NCBI GenBank assembly: GCA_048128005.1
Contig: JBEUKZ010000038.1
Location: 248,001 to 312,000 of the forward strand
Source of the DNA: Veleropilina oligotropha
Taxonomy: Eukaryota
DNA: 64,000 nt
Reading direction: 5' to 3'
Positions 18,879 through 29,940 of this stretch are shown here, piece after piece; within the stretch, counting starts at the first letter, position 1; every line of letters begins with the position of its first letter. The translations under genes and the position numbers were made by a program. The notes under the pieces were generated by a model. That model did no database searches, was not told where the DNA came from, and saw nothing but the letters and a program-made list of their open reading frames with translations.

Positions 18879-21800
18879 CATATGACATGATATGGCATGA
18901 AGGACTTAAAGAAAAAATTAAAAACTTAGGAATTACAGGCAGAATGCTAAATTGGATAGGAAATTTTTTGGAAGACAGGAAAATAAATGTAAGAGTAGAG
19001 AACTCGATATCGGAAGATTACGATTTAGAAAACGGTACGCCACAGGGAAGTGTAATCAGCCCAACTCTATTCAACATAATGATTAACGATCTGGATAAAA
19101 ATCTGCTAGGAAATAAATCTACCAAATCGTCATTGTTTGCAGACGATAGCGCGATATGGAACACTGACAAAAATGTAAAAAAACTAGAAGACCGAATGAA
19201 CGAAAACCTCAAATCAATTCATAAATGGTCTAACGACTGGGGTTTTAAAATATCCGAATCAAAAACGGTAGGAGTACTCTTTTCAAAAGCTAGCAAGTAC
19301 GTTAAACCTACATTATTATTGAACAACAAACCATTGAAAATCGAAGACAGGGCAACATTCCTAGGAATGATATTTGATCGTAAACTAAACTGGCATGCCC
19401 ACATAAACCAAATCATTCATAATTGCAATAAAATGCTAAACGTAATGAGATGCGTCTCCGGAAACGACTGGGGAGCAGATAGACAAACCCTAACCATGCT
19501 ATACAAATCTCTAATTTTGTCGCGAATAGATTACGGCTGTCAAGCATTCGGTTCAGCCAAAGCACATCTTTTAAAGAAAATAGACAAAATTCAAAACCAA
19601 GCCTTAAGAATAATTACGGGCGCATTTAAATCAACACCAATAGCCAGTCTCGAAATCGAAACAAACATTAAGCCAATCGAACTACGTAGGAAAGAAATGA
19701 CTCTCAACTACTGGGCAAAAACGAAATCCCAATTAGAAACTAATCCCGCAGCTAAGCTCGACACTAATTGCAATGCATTTCAAAAATTAGAGTTCAACAA
19801 ACGGTGCGTAGATCGACCACCGTTCGGTTTAACAATGTATAAAGCCAGCAGGGAACTAAAAATTGATAAAATAAATATAGTTCAAAGTAGACCGGCAGAT
19901 AAACCACCTTGGCTACATAATCCGGTTAAAGCATCAATACAACTAAGCAACATGATAAAGAAAGATGAACCACCCCTAAATATAAAATCAACAGCTAAAG
20001 CTCTTATAGACGAAAAATGGAATGGATACTTAAAAGTATATACAGACGGGTCCAAGGACCCAGAGACATCACTAACCTCCGCAGCAGTAGTGATACCAGA
20101 GTTAAAACTAAATAAATCATTCAAACTCTCAAACAGCTTATCGGTATATAGCACAGAACTGATAGCTATCGAACAAGCAATGGCAATAGTTAACGTACTC
20201 GAACCAGCAAAAGTTGTAATTCTTTCAGACTCGCTCAGTGGACTCCAATCTCTTCAAGCCGCTAAAAATTCAACAAGACCTGATCTAATAAATAAAATCA
20301 AATCATTAAACGATTCCCTATGTGATAAAGGAATAGATGTAAATCTTGAATGGATTCCAGCACACGTAGGCATTTTAGGCAACGAAATGGCAGATTCAGC
20401 AGCTAAAAAGGGACTGACTAACCCAGATTACACCCTAAATAATATTCCGCTTAGTCACAGCGAAGTCAAAAGCATTATCAGCACACACATAAACAATGAA
20501 TGGCAAGATCGCTGGAATCGACACGACAAAGGCAGACACCTTTTTGAACTGAAAAATAAAATAGGCAAACCAGTCAATATGCAAACTAGCAAACTGGAAA
20601 GTAAGATAATCACGTGACTTCGGCTAGGACATTCAGGTCTGTTAGCTCATAGATACAGAATTAAATCTTGTGAATCACCTAAATGCCCAAACTGCGAATA
20701 CTCAGAAACAATCGACCACTACCTGTTAGAATGTCCCGCACATATAAATGAAAGACAAAAGCTTAAAGATACCTTAAACACAATTAATATCCTTTATATT
20801 GACAAAAAGGTACTTCTAGCTCCATCAGAACCAGTAGCTAGCTTCACATATAGGGCCTTAGCCAAATACATTAATAATACCGGCTACATCAACAGGATAT
20901 AGGCTAATACGGACACAATGCCAAAAGCAGACTAGTTATAAGGAGAGGAAGAGAGGGAGGTTAGTATGCAAAACTACCTCAAAACAACCCCAAAAAAATA
21001 TATATAAAAAAAAAAAATACAAAAAAAAAAAAATACAATTTCAATGTTTTATATTTTTCATTTTTTATTTTTATTTTTTAGTTTTTTATATATATATTTT
21101 TTCTTTTTTAGTAAAGCACATTCATAACATACACCCCTTCTTCTCACTTCTACTCTGGGAATAGCACATTCAAAATTAATCAAGGCGGCTCAATGCATTG
21201 ACAGAGGGGCAGTAATTGTTACCTAAGCAACATCACCCCAAGATGTTAGTGAGGGGGCATTACACAAATAGAGGAATGTGCTAACCCAAGACAGATAAAT
21301 GTTTACAGCACATTCAAAATTAATGAAAGCGGCCCAATGCTTTGACAGAGGGGTTATAGACGCTATCAAAGCGACATCCGATGATGCCAGCCGCGAAGGT
21401 CTATGTAAATCGTGGGAAGTACGTAAACAAAACACAATAAATGTTCCAATTATCGTACGCCTACATATGGCGAATCGCCTTCTTCACTGCCACACCCCTC
21501 ATCTGTCTCCTTTTCTTTCTCCTTTCCTCTTTAAGAATAGCACATTCTAAAGTAATGAAAGCGGCTCAATGCATTGACAGAGGGGCAGTAATCGCTACCT
21601 AAGCAACATCACCATAAGATGTTAGTGAGGGGGCATTACACAACAATGAGAATGTGCTATTCCAACACAACTAACTGTTTACGGCACATTCAAAATTAAT
21701 AAAAGCGGCCCAATGCCTTGACAGAGGGGCTATAGGCACTATCAAAGCAACATCCGATGATGCCAGCAGCGAAGGTCTATGTAAATCGTGGGAAAGTCCG

Positions 21801-22555
21801 TAATCAAAACAAAATAAAAACTAAATTAACAACCTCAATGTACAATTGTTCACATGCACATGACTCACTTTCTACAATGTCTCTTCTTATTTTAGTATAT
21901 CATCATTATCTTATCCGCATAACTACATAGCATCATGATTAACAACATGTTGGAATTGCTAGGTAGATCGATTATAGTGATATAAATACCTTTTTTCATT
22001 TATTGTTAAAGTAATATAACCATTATAACTTACAAGTTACGGCAGTACGATCGATGATGATTAATGTTAATGTCTGTCAACTTTATCACTAAATAAATGC
22101 AATAACTACTAAATTTCTTTTCTATTATTTTTACAGTTTTTTCTTTTTTTTGGTGGCCCTGAATCGGTACGTTGGTGAAAGGGGCCATTGGATGCTGGAC
22201 GAGCGGTGTGTCTGGCCGCCGGGTCCATGCGGGGTTCGGCCTTGTCTCTTCGGTGCGTGGACGGCGTCCGTGGCGGTGGCGGTCTTCCTCTTGGCGTGCT
22301 CGGTGTGGGTGGCGGCGTCGCGGATGACATTTTCTGGGAGCGTCGCGGATGACATTTTCTGGGAGCGTCGCGGGTCTCTTCGTGGATGGGTCTGGAGATG
22401 CACTCCGCCACGTCGGGCCAGACGGCGGATGGGACATATACGACATCCATGGCGGAAAACAAATACAAAGAAGAACGACAACTACAAAGACAAGAGGTTG
22501 AAATCACGGAAAACGTGGAAGACCTCGTTAAAATCGAATCAAACAACAACAACAA
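18879..22555 (+). mobile_element. 5'-truncated I/Nimb-like LINE (RT, RNase H, 3' UTR)
   Basis: Near-identical to 26365-30036; CGA-to-TGA stop at 20615; (CAA)n tail. Confidence 0.95.
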
Positions 22556-22568
22556 GTTTTTTTGGGGG

Positions 22569-22835
22569 TTCTACAAAGAAACGAAAAATTCAAAAACAAA
22601 GTCCTGAGGTCGAAATCGCGGATAACGTGGAAGACCTCGTAAAACAAAACAAGAAAACAACAACAACAATTGGACAAACTTGTGACAGAAGCTGGTATTT
22701 TGTGACGGCAATGGTTCCCACATAAGAAGCACGAAAAATCTACAAAGAAACGAAAAATCAAAAACAAAGTCCTGAGGTCGAAATCGCGGATAACGTGGAA
22801 GACCTCGTAAAACAAAACAAGAAAACAACAACAAA
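22569..22835 (+). mobile_element. Two tandem short 3'-end fragments of a related subfamily
   Basis: 22569-22669 and 22670-22835 each end in gaggtcgaaatcgcggataacgtggaagacctc plus a caa tail; flanked by gttttttggggg repeats (22556-22568 and 22836-22848). Confidence 0.8.
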
Positions 22836-23015
22836 GTTTTTTGGGGGGATTCGGCTCGCTGAAGATCAAACCGACAACACCTCCGGAATATATCGCGTTT
22901 CGAGACCGATTGCGGTTTACGTTACTCGCTCGCTGGCAACTAGATTGTCCATAACGTCGTATGTTAATCCGAAGGAAAAGCGAAGATACATTGAAAAGTA
23001 AAGAGAACAACAAAC

Positions 23016-24581
23016 ATGGGAGAGTTAAGTATATTTCTTCAGTCGCTAGTTATAATTACAGGTGTTATGCACAACCTAGCTAAGATCTCATATAATAAGA
23101 TAGGGAAGGAAATAAAAACACTGATAGGCACCACTCGCGATATACGCACAACACGCAACGGCAGCATAATTGTTAAGTGCAGCACGAATGCACAATTCAG
23201 AGCGACCCAAGCTCTCAAAACATTTAACGGGGTCCCGGTGACCACTAGAACAGTTTCAGACAACACGAACATTTCAAAAGGCGTAATTAAACAAATAGGA
23301 TTGCATATGTCGGATAACGAAATTCTTTATCAACTTCAAAAAGAAAACAAATTCATATCGGACGTAAGACGATTAGGGCTAAAGAATAAAACCCCGAGCC
23401 GAGCAGTCACTGTAAGTTTCCGCACTAACAACCTTCCGAAACTCGTTAATTTTTTCGGCATTCCGCACGCCGTAGAAGGATACGTGCCCCCTCCCGTACG
23501 ATGCTATAAGTGTCAACGATTTGGACACACATCGAAAGTGTGTAAAAGCACGATCGATGTGTGCTCAAAGTGCGGTGGGGGACACAGATACGAAAACTGC
23601 GACAAAACATACTCGAAATGTGCGAACTGCGCCGGTAATCACAGCGCCGGCTTCACCGGATGTCCCGCATATCGGGCAAAACAATCAACAAACAAACAAA
23701 GTATACCGAAAACTGAAACCGCAAAGAAATCTAACAACAAACACGAAACAATCGAACACACGACACCGCGCAAATCGTATGCCAACGCAGTTAGAACAAA
23801 GGTTCACACATGCCAGACTGAACATCAAACCGCCGCGACTAATCCGATCACACCTCATTCAGACGACCCAACTGTAATTACTGAACCCCAACTCATACAA
23901 ACAATAAAACCGGAAGAGTTCCGGTTCATAATACATTCGCTATTTGAAATAGTCCATAAGATGCTAGAAAATGAAAAGGTAACAAATGAATTAAGCAGTG
24001 AACCAGAACGAAAAGAGAGACGATTCACACTTTTAAACGAAGCAATAATTGAAACATTTGATGAACTGACCGAAAATACGCCGCCAACAAATATAGAACA
24101 AAAAACTCCAACACCGCCAAAACCACAACGGGAAAAAAGAATCGGGCGTAGATCGCAAACCGATTCCCCCAAAAAAACTGCAAAAGAAAAAAGTAATATA
24201 GAAAATCCGTCACCAAAAACCGACCCAAAACGCGACGCAGTCAAAAATGTCGAAACACCAGAAATGGTAATAACCGAGACGGAAACCGAACCGAATCTCG
24301 ACACTTCAGAAATCAATAAGGTAGAAAGAAATGTAATATCCGAGACTCCGACAACAGTGATAAAAAACACCACAGTAAACGTCGAACCAACAAATAACAG
24401 CGAAACTCCGTCTCAAACCCCAAAACAAACCAACAAAGTCAAAACAGATTACGAAACACCAAAAAAACCAACTCCCCTAGCCAAACGAACCCGCCTGCAA
24501 TCCAAAAATGGATTTAAAAATTGCAAAAGCACACCAGTAACAACTAAAAATAAAGACAGCAAACCAAATTTCCGATCATAA
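23016..24581 (+). CDS. LINE ORF1, gag-like protein with three CCHC knuckles
   Basis: RCYKCQRFGHTSKVC, CSKCGGGHRYENC, CANCAGNHSAGFTGC; 521 aa. Confidence 0.93.
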   Translation: MGELSIFLQSLVIITGVMHNLAKISYNKIGKEIKTLIGTTRDIRTTRNGSIIVKCSTNAQFRATQALKTFNGVPVTTRTVSDNTNISKGVIKQIGLHMSDNEILYQLQKENKFISDVRRLGLKNKTPSRAVTVSFRTNNLPKLVNFFGIPHAVEGYVPPPVRCYKCQRFGHTSKVCKSTIDVCSKCGGGHRYENCDKTYSKCANCAGNHSAGFTGCPAYRAKQSTNKQSIPKTETAKKSNNKHETIEHTTPRKSYANAVRTKVHTCQTEHQTAATNPITPHSDDPTVITEPQLIQTIKPEEFRFIIHSLFEIVHKMLENEKVTNELSSEPERKERRFTLLNEAIIETFDELTENTPPTNIEQKTPTPPKPQREKRIGRRSQTDSPKKTAKEKSNIENPSPKTDPKRDAVKNVETPEMVITETETEPNLDTSEINKVERNVISETPTTVIKNTTVNVEPTNNSETPSQTPKQTNKVKTDYETPKKPTPLAKRTRLQSKNGFKNCKSTPVTTKNKDSKPNFRS

Positions 24582-27500
24582 TGGGTTTAAAAATTATACA
24601 ATGGAACGCCAGAGGAGTGAGGACTAACAAAGCCGAACTCGAACTTTTAATTAACAGTTCAAAACCAGATGTAATATGTCTACAAGAAACGTTATTACAC
24701 CCTACCGTCAAATTCGAATTATCCGGGTATACCACATTGCGCAAAGACAACCCAAAGAAAAACAAAAAAACACATGGCGGATGCGCCATTTGCGTTAAGG
24801 ATAACTTACAATACCGTGAAATGAACTTAAATCTTTTAACCCTCGAAGGCAACAGCATCCAAATTTACTATGAAAATAAAACTCTAACAATCATTAATCT
24901 ATACCGTAAACATGAACATAACGCACAACAACTTAAAGATGATTTAGATGTTTTAACATCCAGCCTCAACGATAAAACCATTATAGTTGGAGACTTAAAC
25001 TCTCACAATCCCATGTGGGGGAGCGACCGAACCGACCGACATAGCACAAAAATAATAGATTTCGCGGCAGAAAATAGTTTTGTTATTTTAAACGATCCCT
25101 ATAGCGGAACTAGATATAACCCGATAAACCAAAGCCACTCAATGATCGATTTATCCTTAGCATCCGACACAATTGCTCATAAATGTGACTGGTATGTACA
25201 CAACAATCTCATGGGAAGTGACCACTATCCAATTCTCACTGAAATTGATATAACGCCCGATGTAGAAGAACAAGTTCAAAAACCCAAATGGAATTTTAAC
25301 AAAGCAGATTGGCAAAATTTTCATGATGAATGCCTTAACATAAACAAAAACGAAATTCTTGATGACGATATAGAAACTTTTAATGAAAATCTAGTCAACC
25401 GTATCATCACAATAGCGGATAAACATATTCCAAAAACTGACATTAGAAAGACAGATAAAATTCCAGTACCATGGTGGAACGATAAATGCAAACAGGCACT
25501 AAAAACTCGCAAGAAAACGCTTACCAAATGCAATCGATCAAAAAATCCGGCTGATATAGAAGCTTACAAACTAGCAAAAGCAACAGCTCGAAAAGTAATC
25601 AAAGAAGCTAAGCGCGATAACTGGCGAGAATTCTGTTCAACACTAAATTATAGAACAGATAGTAGAAAAGTTTGGAACAAAATTAAAAGAATCAATTGTA
25701 AAAAGTCCAACCGAATCCCAACATTAGGCAAAACCATATTAGCAAAGAGTAATAAGCAGAAAGCAGAAGTATTAGCTAAAAGTTACGCGCAAATTAGCAG
25801 TACCCGTAACTACAACCGACAATTTCTAGATCAAAAAGACGAGCGTGAAACCGCCTTCCGAAATAAACCAAGCACATTGACCGATCCGACAGATCCGTTA
25901 AATTTTCCATTTTCAATGACAGAACTAACGGAAGCATTTGCCCATAAAAAGGGAACGTCAACCGGGCAAGATAATGTTAGTTATGAAATGTTCAAACACA
26001 TGCCCAAAAATACGTTAGAATTAATTCTTTTACTTTTTAACGCCACTTGGGAAAAGGGAGTTCTCCCGAAACCATGGAAAAGGGCCGAAATTATTCCCAT
26101 ACTTAAACCAAACAAAGATCCGAGTGATCCTAAATCCTATCGACCTATCTCATTAACATCAAATTTATGCAAAACATTAGAAATCATGATAAACAAACGA
26201 ATGGTCTACCACCTAGAGTTAAACAATCTTATAAACCCTAACCAAAGCGGGTTTAGGAAAAATAGACAAACAACGGATCAACTCGTAAGATTAGAAACCG
26301 ATATAAGAAAAGGGTTCATTCATAAAAAAAAAACACTAACCGTTTTCATTGATTTCGAAAAAGCATATGACATGATATGGCATGAAGGACTTAAAGAAAA
26401 AATTAAAAACTTAGGAATTACAGGCAGGATGCTAAATTGGATAGGAAATTTTTTGGAAGACAGGAAAATAAATGTAAGAGTAGAGAACTCGATATCGGAA
26501 GATTACGATTTAGAAAACGGTACGCCACAGGGAAGTGTAATCAGCCCAACTCTATTCAACATAATGATTAACGATCTGGATAAAAATCTGCTAGGAAATA
26601 AATCTACCAAATCGTCATTGTTTGCAGACGATAGCGCGATATGGAACACTGACAAAAATGTAAAAAAACTAGAAGACCGAATGAACGAAAACCTCAAATC
26701 AATTCATAAATGGTCTAACGACTGGGGTTTTAAAATATCCGAATCAAAAACGGTAGGAGTACTCTTTTCAAAAGCTAGCAAGTACGTTAAACCTACATTA
26801 TTATTGAACAACAAACCATTGAAAATCGAAGACAGGGCAACATTCCTAGGAATGATATTTGATCGTAAACTAAACTGGCATGCCCACATAAACCAAATCA
26901 TTCATAATTGCAATAAAATGCTAAACGTAATGAGATGCGTCTCCGGAAACGACTGGGGAGCAGATAGACAAACCCTAACCATGCTATACAAATCTCTAAT
27001 TTTGTCGCGAATAGATTACGGCTGTCAAGCATTCGGTTCAGCCAAAGCACATCTTTTAAAGAAAATAGACAAAATTCAAAACCAAGCCTTAAGAATAATT
27101 ACGGGCGCATTTAAATCAACACCAATAGCCAGTCTCGAAATCGAAACAAACATTAAGCCAATCGAACTACGTAGGAAAGAAATGACTCTCAACTACTGGG
27201 CAAAAACGAAATCCCAATTAGAAACTAATCCCGCAGCTAAGCTCGACACTAATTGCAATGCATTTCAAAAATTAGAGTTCAACAAACGGTGCGTAGATCG
27301 ACCACCGTTCGGTTTAACAATGTATAAAGCCAGCAGGGAACTAAAAATTGATAAAATAAATATAGTTCAAAATAGACCGGCAGATAAACCACCTTGGCTA
27401 CATAATCCGGTTAAAGCATCAATACAACTAAGCAACATGATAAAGAAAGATGAACCACCCCTAAATATAAAATCAACAGCTAAAGCTCTTATAGACGAAA

Positions 27501-28387
27501 AATGGAATGGATACTTAAAAGTATATACAGACGGGTCCAAGGATCCAGAGACATCACTAACCTCCGCAGCAGTAGTGATACCAGAGTTAAAACTAAATAA
27601 ATCATTCAAACTCTCAAACAGCTTATCGGTATATAGCACAGAACTGATAGCTATCGAACAAGCAATGGCAATAATTAACGTACTCGAACCAGCAAAAGTT
27701 GTAATTCTTTCAGACTCGCTCAGTGGACTCCAATCTCTTCAAGCCGCTAAAAATTCAACAAGACCTGATCTAATAAATAAAATCAAATCATTAAACGATT
27801 CCCTATGTGATAAAGGAATAGATGTAAATCTTGAATGGATTCCAGCCCACGTAGGCATTTTAGGCAACGAAATGGCAGATTCAGCAGCTAAAAAGGGACT
27901 GACTAACCCAGATTACACGCTAAATAATATTCCGCTTAGTCACAGCGAAGTCAAAAGCATTATCAGCACACACATAAACAATGAATGGCAAGATCGCTGG
28001 AATCGACACGACAAAGGCAGACACCTTTTTGAACTGAAAAATAAAATAGGCAAACCAGTCAATATGCAAACTAGCAAACTGGAAAGTAAGATAATCACGC
28101 GACTTCGGCTAGGACATTCAGGTCTGTTAGCTCATAGATACAGAATTAAATCTTGTGAATCACCTAAATGCCCAAACTGCGAATACCCAGAAACAATCGA
28201 CCACTACCTGTTAGAATGTCCCGCACATATAAATGAAAGACAAAAGCTTAAAGATACCTTAAAAACAATTAATATCCTTTATATTGACAAAAAGGTACTT
28301 CTAGCTCCATCAGAACCAGTAGCTAGCTTCACATATAGGGCCTTAGCCAAATACATTAATAATACCGGCTACATCAACAGGATATAG
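24581..28387 (+). CDS. LINE ORF2: APE endonuclease, reverse transcriptase, RNase H, CCHC
   Basis: QWNARG, CLQET, GDLN, GSDH; GTPQGSVISP, FADD; YTDGS, SDS, WIPAHVGILGNEMAD; CPNC..ETIDHYLLEC; TAATG overlap with ORF1. Confidence 0.97.
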   Translation: MGLKIIQWNARGVRTNKAELELLINSSKPDVICLQETLLHPTVKFELSGYTTLRKDNPKKNKKTHGGCAICVKDNLQYREMNLNLLTLEGNSIQIYYENKTLTIINLYRKHEHNAQQLKDDLDVLTSSLNDKTIIVGDLNSHNPMWGSDRTDRHSTKIIDFAAENSFVILNDPYSGTRYNPINQSHSMIDLSLASDTIAHKCDWYVHNNLMGSDHYPILTEIDITPDVEEQVQKPKWNFNKADWQNFHDECLNINKNEILDDDIETFNENLVNRIITIADKHIPKTDIRKTDKIPVPWWNDKCKQALKTRKKTLTKCNRSKNPADIEAYKLAKATARKVIKEAKRDNWREFCSTLNYRTDSRKVWNKIKRINCKKSNRIPTLGKTILAKSNKQKAEVLAKSYAQISSTRNYNRQFLDQKDERETAFRNKPSTLTDPTDPLNFPFSMTELTEAFAHKKGTSTGQDNVSYEMFKHMPKNTLELILLLFNATWEKGVLPKPWKRAEIIPILKPNKDPSDPKSYRPISLTSNLCKTLEIMINKRMVYHLELNNLINPNQSGFRKNRQTTDQLVRLETDIRKGFIHKKKTLTVFIDFEKAYDMIWHEGLKEKIKNLGITGRMLNWIGNFLEDRKINVRVENSISEDYDLENGTPQGSVISPTLFNIMINDLDKNLLGNKSTKSSLFADDSAIWNTDKNVKKLEDRMNENLKSIHKWSNDWGFKISESKTVGVLFSKASKYVKPTLLLNNKPLKIEDRATFLGMIFDRKLNWHAHINQIIHNCNKMLNVMRCVSGNDWGADRQTLTMLYKSLILSRIDYGCQAFGSAKAHLLKKIDKIQNQALRIITGAFKSTPIASLEIETNIKPIELRRKEMTLNYWAKTKSQLETNPAAKLDTNCNAFQKLEFNKRCVDRPPFGLTMYKASRELKIDKINIVQNRPADKPPWLHNPVKASIQLSNMIKKDEPPLNIKSTAKALIDEKWNGYLKVYTDGSKDPETSLTSAAVVIPELKLNKSFKLSNSLSVYSTELIAIEQAMAIINVLEPAKVVILSDSLSGLQSLQAAKNSTRPDLINKIKSLNDSLCDKGIDVNLEWIPAHVGILGNEMADSAAKKGLTNPDYTLNNIPLSHSEVKSIISTHINNEWQDRWNRHDKGRHLFELKNKIGKPVNMQTSKLESKIITRLRLGHSGLLAHRYRIKSCESPKCPNCEYPETIDHYLLECPAHINERQKLKDTLKTINILYIDKKVLLAPSEPVASFTYRALAKYINNTGYINRI

Positions 28388-28642
28388 GCTAATACGGACA
28401 CAATGCCAAAAGCAGACTAGTTATAAGGAGAGGAAGAGAGGGAGGTTAGTATGCAAAACTACCTCAAAACAACCCCAAAAAAATATTTAAAAAAAAAAAA
28501 AAATACAAAAAAAAAAAAAATACAATTCAATGTTTTTTATTTTTCATTTTTTATTTTTATTTTTTAGTTCTTTATATATATTTTTTTTCTTTTTTAGTAA
28601 AGCACATTCATAACATACACCCCTTCTTCTCACTTCTACTCT

Positions 28643-29291
28643 GGGAATAGCACATTCAAAATTAATCAAGGCGGCTCAATGCATTGACAGAGGGGCAGTA
28701 ATTGTTACCTAAGCAACATCACCCCAAGATGTTAGTGAGGGGGCATTACACAAATAGAGGAATGTGCTAACCCAAGACAGATAAATGTTTACGGCACATT
28801 CAAAATTAATGAAAGCGGCCCAATGATTTGACAGAGGGGTTATAGACGCTATCAAAGCGACATCCGATGATGCCAGCCGCGAAGGTCTATGTAAATCGTG
28901 GGAAGTACGTAAACAAAACACAATAAATGTTCCAATTATCGTACGCCTACATATGGCGATTCGCCTTCTTCACTGCCACACCCCTCATCTGTCTCCTTTT
29001 CTTTCTCCTTTCCTCTTTAAGAATAGCACATTCTAAAGTAATGAAAGCGGCTCAATGCATTGACAGAGGGGCAGTAATCGCTACCTAAGCAACATCACCA
29101 TAAGATGTTAGTGAGGGGGCATTACACAACAATGAGAATGTGCTATTCCAACACAACTAAATGTTTACGGCACATTCAAAATTAATAAAAGCGGCCCAAT
29201 GCCTTGACAGAGGGGCTATAGGCACTATCAAAGCGACATCCGATGATGCCAGCAGCGAAGGTCTATGTAAATCGTGGGAAAGTCCGTAATC
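28643..29291. repeat. Four ~128-bp structured units (a-b-a-b) in the LINE 3' UTR
   Basis: 28643-28773, 28787-28914, 29021-29148 and 29163-29291; each is closed by an inverted repeat and shares gcacattc.aaa.taat....gcggc.caatg..ttgacagagggg. Confidence 0.85.
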
Positions 29292-29634
29292 AAAACAAAA
29301 TAAAAACTAAATTAACAACCTCAATGTACAATTGTTCACATGCACATGACTCACTTTCTACAATGTCTCTTCTTATTTTATTTTTAGACACAGTATATCA
29401 TCATTATCTTATCCGCATAACTACATAGCATCATGATTAACAACATGTTGGAATTGCTAGGTAGATCGATTATAGTGATATAAATACCTTTTTTCATTTA
29501 TTGTTAAAGTAATATAACCGTTATAACTTACAAGTTACGGCAGTACGATCGATGATGATTAATGTTAATGTCTGTCAACTTTATCACTAAATAAATGCAA
29601 TAACTACTAAATTTCTTTTCTATTATTTTTACAG

Positions 29635-29940
29635 TTTTTTTTGGTGGCCCTGAATCGGTGCGTTGGTGAAAGGGGCCGTTGGATGCTGGACGAGCGGTGT
29701 GTCTGGCCGCCGGGTACGTGCGGGGTTCGGCCTTGTCTCTTCGGTGCGTGGACGGCGTCCGTGGCGGTCTTCCTCTTGGCGTGCTCGGTGTGGGTGGCGG
29801 CGTCGCGGATGACATTTTCTGGGAGCGTCGCGGATGACATTTTCTGGGAGCGTCGCGGGTCTCTTCGTGGATGGGTCTGGAGATGCGCTCCGCCACGTCG
29901 GGCCAGACGGCGGATGGGACATATACGACATCCATGGCGG
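29635..29940 (-). pseudogene. H4: H4 mRNA-derived segment captured antisense in the LINE 3' UTR
   Basis: Reverse strand aligns to the H4 CDS 3' two-thirds, 3' UTR, stem-loop and an A-run; also at 17161-17475, 22144-22455, 37239-37552 and 53013-53327. Confidence 0.93.

Noticed and set aside
29276..29286. GGAAAGUCCG resembling the RNase P RNA P4 motif
   Set aside because: Not conserved in the paralogous unit (ggaagtacg) and no partner strand is visible.
28643..29291. CRISPR-like array or hammerhead ribozymes in the repeated 3' UTR units
   Set aside because: Units are ~128 bp with no unique spacers, the context is eukaryotic, and there is no CUGAUGA/GAAA core.
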